64,000 nt of DNA, from positions 1 through 64,000 of the forward strand of contig JAUCBJ010009062.1 in NCBI GenBank assembly GCA_032718475.1, given 5' to 3'. Within the stretch, counting starts at the first letter, position 1, and each line of letters starts with the position of its first letter. Source of the stretch: Nemertoderma westbladi (lineage: Eukaryota; Animalia; Xenacoelomorpha). Position numbers and translations under genes: made by a program. Below the pieces are notes generated by a model that saw nothing but the letters and a program-made list of their open reading frames with translations, was not told the DNA's origin and did not search any database. Of this stretch, positions 1 to 11,522 are shown piece after piece.

Positions 1-186
1 TCAGAGGGAGAAGAGATATACTCCCAGATGGTGAGGGAGATTAGGATTGGGAAACATTGTTTAAACGATATAACTAGAGAGGTGATTGGGAAAAATTGTT
101 TAAACGATATAACTAGAGAGGTGATTGGGAAACATTGTTTAAACGATATAACTAGAGAGGTGATTGGGAAACATTGTTTAAACGAT

Positions 187-1065
187 TTGCCCTTAGATCA
201 TCATAATGATGATGGGGTGATGATAACTCCACCTACTGGCTCCAGAAGTCGAGGAACTCCTGCCAAGTACCTAACTGATCTAGACTTTGCTGATGACTTA
301 GGAGTACTCTCAGAATCACTAGAGGGAACCCAACGGCTCCTCAGCTCATTAGAACATGCTGCTTCTAGTGTTGGTCTTTTTATTAACTCCAGGAAGACCA
401 AAATTTTGACAGTTAACTTTGAAAGTCCTCAGCAAGTCTCTGATCGGATGAGCATAAGCTCAAAAGATGGTATGCTTGAGCATGTGGACGACTTCTGTTA
501 CCTGGGATCATGGATCCGGAAGTCAGGTGAGGACCTTCGAATACGTAAGGGAAAGGCATGGGCAGCCTTGAATAGGCTTTCCAGGATTTGGAAGTCACCG
601 AGAATTAATCGGAAACTTAAGGTCCGATTATTTAGAGCAGCAGTAGTTCCAGTACTCCTCTATGGGAGTCCATGCTGGGCTCTAACTGCTGAGGACACCA
701 AATCTCTGGATGGCACATTCACAAGAATGCTACGCCGGGTTCATTGTGTCAAGTACAATGCACACATCTCCAACCAGACACTATATAACATTGGAGGTGT
801 CTCATTGGTTCCCCCAAGCTTGACACTAGAACAAAATCGCCTCCGCTTTGCAGGACATTGCTTTCGCCGTGAGGACCAGCCAGTGCATAATCTTGTACTT
901 TGGCAGCCTCATGGAGTGAATAAGCATGGTGGACAGCCCATGACTTTCTTGAGACGCATCTTAAAGGACACTGGCATTGAAGATGCGGATGATCTAGCAA
1001 ATGTCATGGGTGATAGGGAGTTGTGGCGGTGCAATCTTGTCGATAAGCCGGCACAGCATTCTTAA
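187..1065 (+). pseudogene. C-terminal reverse transcriptase fragment of the RTE element (the 28..1065 ORF is a satellite+RTE chimera)
   Basis: The first 53 codons of the track ORF are flank and satellite. The remainder is RT domain 5 onward plus the RTE C-terminus. Confidence 0.88.
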
Positions 1066-1112
1066 AAATGCAGCTGCAATGCAGCATGCCGATCCTAGTA
1101 GTAGTAGTAGTA
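187..1112 (+). mobile_element. 5'-truncated RTE-clade non-LTR retrotransposon with (TAG)n tail
   Basis: RT C-terminal motifs DLDFADDL, FCYLGS, KVRLFRAAVVPVLLYGSPCW and RLRFAGHCFRR are typical of RTE ORFs. A short 3' UTR precedes the (TAG)n tail at 1096-1112. The TSD GTTTAAACGAT is at 176-186 and 1113-1123. Confidence 0.92.
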
Positions 1113-1252
1113 GTTTAAACGATATAACTAGAGAGGTGATTGGGAAACATTGTTTAAACGATATAACTAGAGAGGTGATTGGGAAACATTGTTTAAACGA
1201 TAAAACTAGAGAGGTGATTAGGAAACATTGTTTAAACGATATAACTAGAGAG

Positions 1253-1495
1253 TGGTGGAATATAAAAATATACTGTAACAATGTAGAGTGCTCTAGGATA
1301 TTCTACTGTAGGTAGGATACCGGTGGTGCTATATATATGAGTCAGGCAGTGAACCTATTGTTGGTATGCAGGTACTGCAGTATCGTGCATGGTGTCGGTA
1401 TATTATAGATTATTGTGTATTGTGACAATAGACTAATGAATATATCTGATGTAACTAACCTGATGTATTTCCCACGCTCGGGGGATAACACAACA
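1253..1495 (+). repeat. 5' LTR (243 bp)
   Basis: TGGTGGAA...ACACAACA. It matches the 3' LTR except for one substitution seen (T1411 vs A6441). Confidence 0.97.
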
Positions 1496-1504
1496 TGGCG
1501 CAGT
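1496..1504 (+). promoter_or_regulatory. Primer-binding site TGGCGCAGT (probably tRNA-Ser type)
   Basis: It directly follows the 5' LTR and starts with TGG, complementary to the tRNA CCA end. The tRNA identity is inferred from similarity to known tRNA-Ser PBSs. Confidence 0.7.
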
Positions 1505-1689
1505 GTGTATTAATATACGCATTCAAAGAAACCGCACTGTACACGGACTGCTGAAGCTAAAAAGGACGGGACTGAAGGAGCGGAGAGCCTACGGACCGCC
1601 TGCCTTCCAGAAAAGTACACTACGCAGGTACGGTAGGCATACTACACGTACCGGTACTACTGTACAGCAGTAGGTACTACTATCTTACA

Positions 1690-4600
1690 ATGGAAGCGAA
1701 AACCGTCGCACATTCGAAAAAAAGCCATTCCGGGTTTAAATCGAATTATACGAGGGTAAAAAATCAGTTGGAAGCTGCGTTAGACCAATTAACGCAGCTG
1801 CATCCTGATGAACGTCCTCAATCTTTAATGGAAGATGTTCAGCGATTGAAATATAAGTTGGAGAACACATACGATAAACTCGGGGAATCGTTAGAACTTC
1901 TCCAGCAATCCGAGGCAGACTGCGGGACGGAAGAAACCCAATTCGACGATATCTCGATGGAGATGATCCGTTACCGCCACGATATCGCAGTTATTATGAA
2001 ACAAGTTACTGCCAATTTTTCTCAGATTCAGTCGCCTGGCTCTGATCCGCTACAGTCCACGTCACATATTCAGGGAACAACAACCCAGAAGCAAGACAAC
2101 GCCCCACGTGCATCGGTAAACCGCCCCCCCGCCCTTGACGAGGAGGTGGATTTAAAAAGGTTCAACAGATGGAGAATTTCGTGGGGTAACTATGCTAAGA
2201 CTATTAAATTACATTTACAACCACGGGACGAACAAATATCTGCCTTCTTCGGGTATTGCAGCCCCAGTTTCCTTTCAAAATTGCAATACGCTGTGGAAAT
2301 CCCTCAGAATACCACTATGACTCTAGAAGAAGTTCTCGATAAACTCGAGGGATATTTAAAGGAAAAACAAAACGTCGCGCTGGACCGGTGGGAACTGACG
2401 ACCTGTAAACAGCAGGAATCAGAGTCGTTCGACAATTTCTATACGAGATTAAGCGAAATGGCAGAAACCGCAGGGTTGCGCGATATGGACGAAGATGCCT
2501 GGATGTCGACGTTAATAACAGTCGGGATTTCCGACGAGGAAATCCGCCAGGATCTTTTGGCGAAGTCACCGGGTCTCACTCATAAGGAAACTGTAAAGTT
2601 TGTTCGTAGCGAGGAGGCAGCGCGAGCGCACGCAAAACGCATGTCGAGGTCGAGGTCCGGCCCACCGCACCTGTCGGTAGGGGCAACGTCCGGAACCGGG
2701 AAAAACCAATATCCACGGGGAAGATACCGATCCTCCAGTCGAAAAAGCTCGGATAGATACAAATATCGATCTCGCGATCCGAGTCTACCTAAATGTACCA
2801 AATGCGGCTACGAAAGCCACGGGCCGGCTCAAACCTGCCCTGCCCAAGGTAAAACTTGCAACCGTTGTAAAAAGAGAAACCACTTTGCTAGTGTTTGTAA
2901 AAGTAAAGTGGCCGATAAATCGGCAGCATTGGTTAGCGATGAAAGTTTTACCCAGGCGTCTGTTCATGTTGGATCTTGTGTTCAAGATAAACAATCTGTC
3001 ATTACTGTATTTTTGACTCTCAATTCAGATAAAAATAAACCAATTTTTGAATGTAGTGCAATTCCGGACACCAGATCCGATCGTACAGTAGCAGGGAAAC
3101 AATTTTTAAATAAGTTGGGTATCGATCAGGCCAACTTGCTCGAACCCAGCAATGACCATTTACTAAATATCAACGGCCATCCAATTAAACAAATTGGCCG
3201 TATTTTTCTCTATATAACTTTGGAAGGGGTACAGAAACTGGACGAAATTATTATTTGTGATAATATACCCTTTCTGTATTTGTCACGTGAAACCTGTAAA
3301 GCACTACGGCTTATTCACCGTGACTGGCCAAACCCTTTGCCTTACATATATACCAGTGAAACTGAGAAAGAAATAAAACGTTGTTCCACTGCAAGAAATA
3401 GTGCTAATGTTTGTGACGAGCTGGCATTATTTGAAAAATCAGCTCGAAAAACTTGGATAGACAACATCCCGGAAAATCCATCGAATTTCCAGATGAATTC
3501 TATCCGTAAAAAACTGTTTAATATTTATTCCTCAGAGTTCAATGTTAATTCCGAATTGAAAACAATGACAGGCGAAATTATTGGTGATCCTTTGCGAATT
3601 GAGCTGAAAGACAACTGTAAACCTTTTGCCGTACATTCAGCAAGAAAAATTGCGTATGCAAAACGTGATGAAGTTAAAAAAGAATTAGACTCACTTTCAG
3701 CCAAGGGAATCATAGAACCAGTGGGTGACAGACCCACAGCGTGGTGCCACCCTCTAGTAGTGGTACCCAAACCAGACGGAGGCATCAGGGTGTGTGTTGA
3801 CCTGACGAATTTGAATCGTCAGGTTAAGCGTATTGTACACCCTAGTAGTTCACCAACTGACGTTATTTCAGAAATCGCACCGGACTCTAGATATTTTTCA
3901 ACATTGGACGCCAAAACTGCTTATTGGCAGGTGCCAATGCATCCTGAGTCGAAGGACCTAACGTGCTTTATTACTCCATGGGGACGATTCGTTTTTAATC
4001 GAGCGCCCATGGGCTATATTAGCACGGGCGATTCGTATAACCTACGGGTCGATATAGCATTATCAGGTATAGATAATGTTCATAGATTGGTGGACGGGAT
4101 TGTAATAGCCGATTCGGGTTTAAAAGATCATATTTCTAGAATATGTGATATTCTAGAACGGTGTCATAAACATAAAATAACGGTGAACCCAAATAAATTT
4201 GATTTTGCAAAAGATGAAGTCAAATTCGGCGGATTTATTATTTCAAAAGATGGAACTAAAGCTGATCCAGCAAAAATTAGTGCAATAGAAAATTTCCCGG
4301 CACCCACAAACCGCACCGAACTCAGGTCGTTTATGGGTCTTGTTCAGCAGCTGGCTCAGTTTTCCGCAGAAATAAGCGAAATGGCGGCCCCATTACGGGA
4401 TATTTTAAAAATAAAAAACGAATTTCTGTGGACAAATAACCATGATTCTGCGTTTCAAAACGTGAAAAAAGCGTTGGCCACCCCGCCAATTCTTGTACCT
4501 TACGATAAAAACGCTGAAATTAGAATAGAAACCGATGCGTCCCGGACAAAAGGTCTCGGTTTTGCCCTGTTCCAGAAACGTCAAAATGACACTAGGTGGC

Positions 4601-6216
4601 AACTGGTGCAATGCGGTTCTCGATTTCTGAAGGAATGCGAGACTCGATACGCCACAATAGAGCTAGAAGCCCTAGCTATATACTGGTCAATTAATAAGTG
4701 TCGTATGTATTTGTATGGACAGCCACATTTTACGGTGGTCACAGACCACAGGCCTTTACTACCTATAATGAACTCTTATACACTTGATATGGTGGACAAT
4801 GTGAGATTGCAAAACTTGAAAATGAAACTTAGTTGTTATAATTTCACACTCACATGGCAGAAAGGAAAGTCTCACGTTGTGCCTGATGCTTTGTCCAGGG
4901 CACCAGTATGTGATCCAGATTCTAATGAGGTTGAAGGTTGTTCCTCAAATACTGTAGCATCTACTGTGTTTGAGGCCGCAACTAACTCAATTAAAAATGA
5001 TAGTAACTCTGGCAAATACTCTCCTTATGAAGATCCAATGATTGTAAATTTGCAGCAGATAGCTCAGGGTGATCTCGAATACAAAATGCTCATAGAAGCA
5101 CTAGAGAATAATTTTCAATCACCAGCTGTTAATAATCCATTTGTACAGCAGCTACGGAAAATCTGGAATGAACTGTCTATAGAAAATGGATTAGTCTTGT
5201 TTGGTAAACGATTAGTTATACCCAAAGGGGCCCGTGGCGATATATTAAAAAGTCTCCACGAGTCGCATCAAGGTTTAGAGCGAACCAAGCGGCGCAGTAG
5301 GGAATCGGTATACTGGCCTGGAATAAATGCCCAAATAGAGGACATTATACGATCCTGTGAGAAATGCCAGTACCGCCTCCCAAGCAATGTAAAGGAACCA
5401 TGCATATCGGACCCCCTACCATCCCGGATTTTTGAGTCTGTCTCGTCAGACTTATTTAAGTTTGCTGGTCATGCCTACATGGTATACGTAGACCGCTTGT
5501 CTGGGTTCCCATTTGTTACAAGATGGGATAGAGACCCATCAGCAACCCAGGTTGTCGATGTAATTCGGCAATATTTCGTACAGACCGGGGTCCCGGTACG
5601 AATGCGCACTGATGGAGGACCACAATATGACTCCAAAATATTTAAAGACTTTTTGGTTCGCTGGGGTGTTGACTGGAAACCGTCATCACCGTGTTATCCA
5701 CAATCCAACGGGCACGCGGAGGTGTCGGTAAAAATAGTAAAAAATCTCGTTGCAAAGGCAGACGACAGTCGAATTAATACAGAACCATTTCTGAGGGGGA
5801 TGCTTGAATTACGAAACACACCGAGGGGAGATGGTCGCTCCCCAGCCCAGATAGTATATGGGCATCCTTTACGGTCCAATGTCCCACAGCATTATAAAGC
5901 CTTTGATCCGTCATGGCAAAAACAAGCTGCAGAGGCAGAGGAGTCTGCCTGGCGGATATCAAGGGCCGCAAAACTGCGTTATGACCGAACTGCCCGCAAC
6001 CTTGCGACATTGTTACCTGGAACAGACGTTCTGCTTCAGAACCCCACAACCAAACGGTGGTCACGCACCGGTGTAATAACTGACAGGAAAGGACGCGATT
6101 ATTATATAAAGTTGTCTTCAAATCGTATTTTGAAGAGAAATCGAAGATTTCTTCGTCCTAAGAGAGGTTGTAATGAAACTGAAAATAAAGTCGTACGATT
6201 TAATATTGGGACTTAA
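1690..6216 (+). CDS. Gag-Pol polyprotein (Zn knuckles, aspartic protease, RT, RNase H, integrase), 1508 aa
   Basis: Mag-type knuckles CTKCGYESH...CPAQGKTCNRCKKRNHFASVC. RT motifs IRVCVDL, LDAKTAYWQV and APMG. RNase H TDAS/ELEALA/TDHRPL/DALSR. Integrase HESH..CEKC, SDLF, TDGGPQ and SNGHAE. The protease motif reads DTRS and the RT motif reads LVDG. Confidence 0.95.
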   Translation: MEAKTVAHSKKSHSGFKSNYTRVKNQLEAALDQLTQLHPDERPQSLMEDVQRLKYKLENTYDKLGESLELLQQSEADCGTEETQFDDISMEMIRYRHDIAVIMKQVTANFSQIQSPGSDPLQSTSHIQGTTTQKQDNAPRASVNRPPALDEEVDLKRFNRWRISWGNYAKTIKLHLQPRDEQISAFFGYCSPSFLSKLQYAVEIPQNTTMTLEEVLDKLEGYLKEKQNVALDRWELTTCKQQESESFDNFYTRLSEMAETAGLRDMDEDAWMSTLITVGISDEEIRQDLLAKSPGLTHKETVKFVRSEEAARAHAKRMSRSRSGPPHLSVGATSGTGKNQYPRGRYRSSSRKSSDRYKYRSRDPSLPKCTKCGYESHGPAQTCPAQGKTCNRCKKRNHFASVCKSKVADKSAALVSDESFTQASVHVGSCVQDKQSVITVFLTLNSDKNKPIFECSAIPDTRSDRTVAGKQFLNKLGIDQANLLEPSNDHLLNINGHPIKQIGRIFLYITLEGVQKLDEIIICDNIPFLYLSRETCKALRLIHRDWPNPLPYIYTSETEKEIKRCSTARNSANVCDELALFEKSARKTWIDNIPENPSNFQMNSIRKKLFNIYSSEFNVNSELKTMTGEIIGDPLRIELKDNCKPFAVHSARKIAYAKRDEVKKELDSLSAKGIIEPVGDRPTAWCHPLVVVPKPDGGIRVCVDLTNLNRQVKRIVHPSSSPTDVISEIAPDSRYFSTLDAKTAYWQVPMHPESKDLTCFITPWGRFVFNRAPMGYISTGDSYNLRVDIALSGIDNVHRLVDGIVIADSGLKDHISRICDILERCHKHKITVNPNKFDFAKDEVKFGGFIISKDGTKADPAKISAIENFPAPTNRTELRSFMGLVQQLAQFSAEISEMAAPLRDILKIKNEFLWTNNHDSAFQNVKKALATPPILVPYDKNAEIRIETDASRTKGLGFALFQKRQNDTRWQLVQCGSRFLKECETRYATIELEALAIYWSINKCRMYLYGQPHFTVVTDHRPLLPIMNSYTLDMVDNVRLQNLKMKLSCYNFTLTWQKGKSHVVPDALSRAPVCDPDSNEVEGCSSNTVASTVFEAATNSIKNDSNSGKYSPYEDPMIVNLQQIAQGDLEYKMLIEALENNFQSPAVNNPFVQQLRKIWNELSIENGLVLFGKRLVIPKGARGDILKSLHESHQGLERTKRRSRESVYWPGINAQIEDIIRSCEKCQYRLPSNVKEPCISDPLPSRIFESVSSDLFKFAGHAYMVYVDRLSGFPFVTRWDRDPSATQVVDVIRQYFVQTGVPVRMRTDGGPQYDSKIFKDFLVRWGVDWKPSSPCYPQSNGHAEVSVKIVKNLVAKADDSRINTEPFLRGMLELRNTPRGDGRSPAQIVYGHPLRSNVPQHYKAFDPSWQKQAAEAEESAWRISRAAKLRYDRTARNLATLLPGTDVLLQNPTTKRWSRTGVITDRKGRDYYIKLSSNRILKRNRRFLRPKRGCNETENKVVRFNIGT

Positions 6217-6269
6217 AAAAAAAAATGTTAAAAATGAATAAGTTTGAATTTTTAGGAAAATTCAAACTC

Positions 6270-6282
6270 AAAAAAAGGGAGA
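6270..6282 (+). promoter_or_regulatory. Polypurine tract
   Basis: AAAAAAAGGGAGA lies immediately before the 3' LTR. Confidence 0.9.
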
Positions 6283-6525
6283 TGGTGGAATATAAAAATA
6301 TACTGTAACAATGTAGAGTGCTCTAGGATATTCTACTGTAGGTAGGATACCGGTGGTGCTATATATATGAGTCAGGCAGTGAACCTATTGTTGGTATGCA
6401 GGTACTGCAGTATCGTGCATGGTGTCGGTATATTATAGATAATTGTGTATTGTGACAATAGACTAATGAATATATCTGATGTAACTAACCTGATGTATTT
6501 CCCACGCTCGGGGGATAACACAACA
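6283..6525 (+). repeat. 3' LTR (243 bp)
   Basis: Direct repeat of 1253-1495. Confidence 0.97.
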
Positions 6526-9409
6526 GAGAGGTGATTGGGAAACATTGTTTAAACGATATAACTAGAGAGGTGATTGGGAAACATTGTTTAAACGATATAA
6601 CTAGAGAGGTGATTGGGAAACATTGTTTAAACGATATAACTAGAGAGGTGATTGGGAAACATTGTTTAAACGATATAAATAGAGAGGTGATTGGGAAACA
6701 TTGTTTAAACGATATAACTAGAGTGGTGATTGGGAAACATTGTTTAAACGATATAACTAGAGAGGTGATTGGGAAACATTGTTTAAACGATAAAACTAGA
6801 GAGGTGATTGGGAAACATTGTTTAAACGATATAACTAGAGAGGTGATTGGGAAACATTGTTTAAACGATAAAACTAGAGAGGTGATTGGGAAACATTGTT
6901 TAAACGATATAACTAGAGAGGTGATTGGGAAACATTGTTTAAACGATAAAACTAGAGAGGTGATTGGGAAACATTGTTTAAACGATATAACTAGAGAGGT
7001 GATTGGGAAACATTGTTTAAACGATATAACTAGAGAGGTGATTGGGAAAAATTGTTTAAACGATATAACTAGAGAGGTGATTGGGAAACATTGTTTAAAC
7101 GATATAACTAGAGAGGTGATTGGGAAACATTGTTTAAACGATATAACTAGAGAGGTGATTGGGAAACATTGTTTAAACGATATAACTAGAGAGGTGATTG
7201 GGAAACATTGTTTAAACGATATAACTAGAGTGGTGATTGGGAAACATTGTTTAAACGATATAACTAGAGAGGTGATTGGGAAACATTGTTTAAACGATAT
7301 AACTAGAGTGGTGATTGGGAAACATTGTTTAAACGATATAACTAGAGAGGTGATTGGGAAACATTGTTTAAACGATATAACTAGAGAGGTGATTGGGAAA
7401 CATTGTTTAAACGATATAACTAGAGAGGTGATTGGGAAACATTGTTTAAACGATATAACTAGAGAGGTGATTGGGAAACATTGTTTAAACGATATAACTA
7501 GAGAGGTGATTGGGAAACATTGTTTAAACGATATAACTAGAGAGGTGATTGGGAAACATTGTTTAAACGATATAACTAGAGAGGTGATTGGGAAACATTG
7601 TTTAAACGATATAACTAGAGAGGTGATTGGGAAACATTGTTTAAACGATATAACTAGAGAGGTGATTGGGAAACATTGTTTAAACGATATAACTAGAGAG
7701 GTGATTGGGAAACATTGTTTAAACGATATAACTAGAGAGGTGATTGGGAAACATTGTTTAAACGATATAACTAGAGAGGTGATTGGGAAACATTGTTTAA
7801 ACGATATAACTAGAGAGGTGATTGGGAAACATTGTTTAAACGATATAACTAGAGAGGTGATTGGGAAACATTGTTTAAACGATATAACTAGAGAGGTGAT
7901 TGGGAAACATTGTTTAAACGATATAACTAGAGAGGTGATTGGGAAACATTGTTTAAACGATATAACTAGAGAGGTGATTGGGAAACATTGTTTAAACGAT
8001 ATAACTAGAGAGGTGATTGGGAAACATTGTTTAAACGATATAACTAGAGAGGTGATTGGGAAACATTGTTTAAACGATATAACTAGAGAGGTGATTGGGA
8101 AACATTGTTTAAACGATATAACTAGAGAGGTGATTGGGAAACATTGCTTAAACGATATAACTAGAGAGGTGATTGGGAAACATTGTTTAAACGATATAAC
8201 TAGAGAGGTGATTGGGAAACATTGCTTAAACGATATAACTAGAGTGGTGATTGGGAAACATTGTTTAAACGATATAACTAGAGAGGTGATTGGGAAACAT
8301 TGTTTAAACGATATAACTAGAGAGGTGATTGGGAAACATTGTTTAAACGATATAACTAGAGAGGTGATTGGGAAACATTGTTTAAACGATATAACTAGAG
8401 AGGTGATTGGGAAACATTGCTTAAACGATATAACTAGAGAGGTGATTGGGAAACATTGTTTAAACGATATAACTAGAGAGGTGATTGGGAAACATTGTTT
8501 AAACGATATAACTAGAGAGGTGATTGGGAAACATTGTTTAAACGATATAACTAGAGAGGTGATTGGGAAACATTGTTTAAACGATATAACTAGAGAGGTG
8601 ATTGGGAAACATTGTTTAAACGATATAACTAGAGAGGTGATTGGGAAACATTGTTTAAACGATATAACTAGAGAGGTGATTGGGAAACATTGTTTAAACG
8701 ATATAACTAGAGAGGTGATTGGGAAACATTGTTTAAACGATATAACTAGAGAGGTGATTGGGAAACATTGTTTAAACGATATAACTAGAGAGGTGATTGG
8801 GAAACATTGTTTAAACGATATAACTAGAGAGGTGATTGGGAAACATTGTTTAAACGATATAACTAGAGAGGTGATTGGGAAACATTGCTTAAACGATATA
8901 ACTAGAGTGGTGATTGGGAAACATTGTTTAAACGATATAACTATTGAGGTGATTGGGAAACATTGTTTAAACGATATAACTAGAGAGGTGATTGGGAAAC
9001 ATTGTTTAAACGATATAACTAGAGAGGTGATTGGGAAAAATTGTTTAAACGATATAACTAGAGAGGTGATTGGGAAACATTGTTTAAACGATATAACTAG
9101 AGAGGTGATTGGGAAAAATTGTTTAAACGATATAACTAGAGAGGTGATTGGGAAACATTGTTTAAACGATATAACTAGAGAGGTGATTGGGAAACATTGT
9201 TTAAATGATATAACTAGAGAGGTGATTGGGAAACATTGTTTAAACGATATAACTAGAGAGGTGATTGGGAAACATTGTTTAAACGATATAACTAGAGAGG
9301 TGATTGGGAAACATTGTTTAAACGATATAACTAGAGAGGTGATTGGGAAACATTGTTTAAACGATATAACTAGAGAGGTGATTGGGAAACATTGTTTAAA
9401 CGATAAAAA
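6526..9409. repeat. 39-bp satellite A, main array (~74 copies)
   Basis: Highly homogeneous tandem units with a few SNP variants. The 968-aa track ORF is its translation. Confidence 0.98.
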
Positions 9410-10642
9410 CCTTATATATCATTTACGTTACGAATAAATTGCAGGAGATATGTTGGATATGCCATTCATTATATTTGCCGCAAACTTACAAACCTTGATA
9501 TTCGAACAGTTTGAATTTGTGATATGATACGGGAAGATCATATATATATTGGATTGTCGCAAAGAGAGTCAATGGCGCGGATTGACCGAAAACAAAAAAT
9601 TAATTTTAGTGGGTTTGAAAAATTAATTTAATTTAAATAAAAACATTAAGGGAAAGGAGCAGGTTACAGTGGCAGTATTTTCTAACCAAGTCAATAAACT
9701 ATACAACTATACATTATTTCACTTGCGGTCAATTTGCGTTGAAGATCACGATTTTCGCTTGCGATCAAAGTGCGCCACTATCTGCGCAAAGGTTATACTA
9801 TCTCTGTTTCACATTCGTGCTAATAAATATGTTATGGTAATCGTATATGGTAATTAAATGGTATATGGTAATATAATATGGTAATTCGTTATCGTTTTGG
9901 TTGAATGAAAACTGGTCCTTTCCGTTAATTATTATTTTGGCAATTTAGATGGTAACACTACGTTTGCGACTTTCCGCTAGTAAATACTAATATACAGTAG
10001 TTATGTAAACCGTTATGTAAATAATAGCATCATTATCTGTAATTAAATGTAAAATAATATAAAAATAATTAAAAATGAAAATTTGTTATATTTGATGAAA
10101 ACCGGTAGTTGCATCAAACAATGTACTAATTATTATAAGAAACTCCAGAGAAAGTTCCACATGTGGAGTAAAGATATCAGTTATATATTAATCAACAACA
10201 GACATTGGGTGGGTTACTGTATGTGTATGCGACAGTTGTCAACCGGACATTACAAAGGGACTGACTGCCTTCGACTAACTTACAGAGGCGGTGTATGTAC
10301 GGAGAATTCCGATTCTATATAATATATATATATTATCACACATTCTGTGTTTGCTGATCTTTGCATGCAAAGAGATAAATTGACCATGGAGAAATTGGAA
10401 AAACAAGTTAATTGATTAGTTAGTGTTGCGTCGCTACTACTCAAACTGTAAGTAAATACTGGTCTAATAATTTCATTTGCAGTTTATAATATTATGGTTT
10501 ATATGCCAAATTTGCAGTATTTCCACTCCAAGGTGCTGAATATAATTAGAGGTGATATAATTAGAGGTGATATGATATACTTTGGTGACCTCAGATTAGT
10601 TTTGCACCCAATTTAAATTAAAGAGATTACTGAAAAACCGGT

Positions 10643-11522
10643 GGAACTCATTATTTGATTAATTGGAACTCATTATTTGATTAATTGAAACTCATTATTT
10701 GATTAATTGAAACTCATTATTTGATTAATTTGAACTCATTATTTGATTAATTGGAACTCATTATTTGATTAATTGGAACTCATTATTCGATTAATTGTAA
10801 CTTATTATTTGATTAATTGGAACTCATTATTTGATTAATTGGAACTCATTATTTGATTAATTGGAACTCATTATTTGATTAATTTGAACTCATTATTTGA
10901 TTAATGGGAACTCATTATTTGATTAATTGGAACTCATTATTTGATTAATTGGAACTCATTATTTGATTAATTTGAACTCATTATTTGATTAATTGGAACT
11001 CATTATTTGATTAATTGGAACTCATTATTTGATTAATTTGAACTCAATATTTGATTAATTGGAACTCATTATTTGATTAATTGGAACTCATTATTTGATT
11101 AATTTGAACTCATTATTTGATTAATTGGAACTCATTATTTGATTAATTGGAACTCATTATTTGATTAATTTGAATTCATTATTTGATTAATTGGAACTCA
11201 TTATTTGATTAATTGGAACTCAATATTTGATTACTTTAAACTCATTATTTGATTAATTGGAACTCATTATTTGATTAATTGGAACTCATTATTTGATTAA
11301 TTTGAACTCATTATTTGATTAATTGGAACTCATTATTTGATTAATTTGAACTCATTATTTGATTAATTTGAACTCATTATTTGATTAATTGGAACTCATT
11401 ATTTGATTAATTGGAACTCATTATTTGATTAATTTGAACTCATTATTTGATTAATTGGAACTCATTATTTGATTAATTGAAACTCATTATTTGATTAATT
11501 TGAACTCATTATTTGATTAATT
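10643..11522. repeat. 22-bp AT-rich minisatellite B (GGAACTCATTATTTGATTAATT, ~40 copies)
   Basis: Direct tandem repeats with GG/TG/GA variants at the unit start. Confidence 0.97.

Larger units (their letters stand above)
45..1252. repeat. 39-bp satellite A, left part (unit AGAGAGGTGATTGGGAAACATTGTTTAAACGATATAACT), interrupted by an RTE LINE at 187-1112
   Basis: Tandem units are visible at 45-186 and 1113-1252 and match the unit of 6526-9409. Confidence 0.97.
1253..6525 (+). mobile_element. Full-length Ty3/Gypsy LTR retrotransposon, Mag-like lineage
   Basis: Two 243-bp TG...CA LTRs, 5-bp TSD GAGAG (1248-1252 and 6526-6530), PBS, PPT and a single gag-pol ORF in PR-RT-RH-IN order. Confidence 0.97.

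Noticed and set aside
28-1065. 345-aa ORF as a novel repeat-RT fusion protein
   Set aside because: The TSD shows a truncated RTE inserted into the satellite. The in-frame join has a 1-in-3 chance, and most of the RT core is missing.
10448-10482. Possible 35-nt intron (GTAAGT...TTTGCAG)
   Set aside because: No recognisable coding exons flank it, so it cannot be supported without transcripts.
10541-10571. 15-bp duplication TATAATTAGAGGTGA resembling part of satellite A
   Set aside because: Too short and AT-rich to establish homology.
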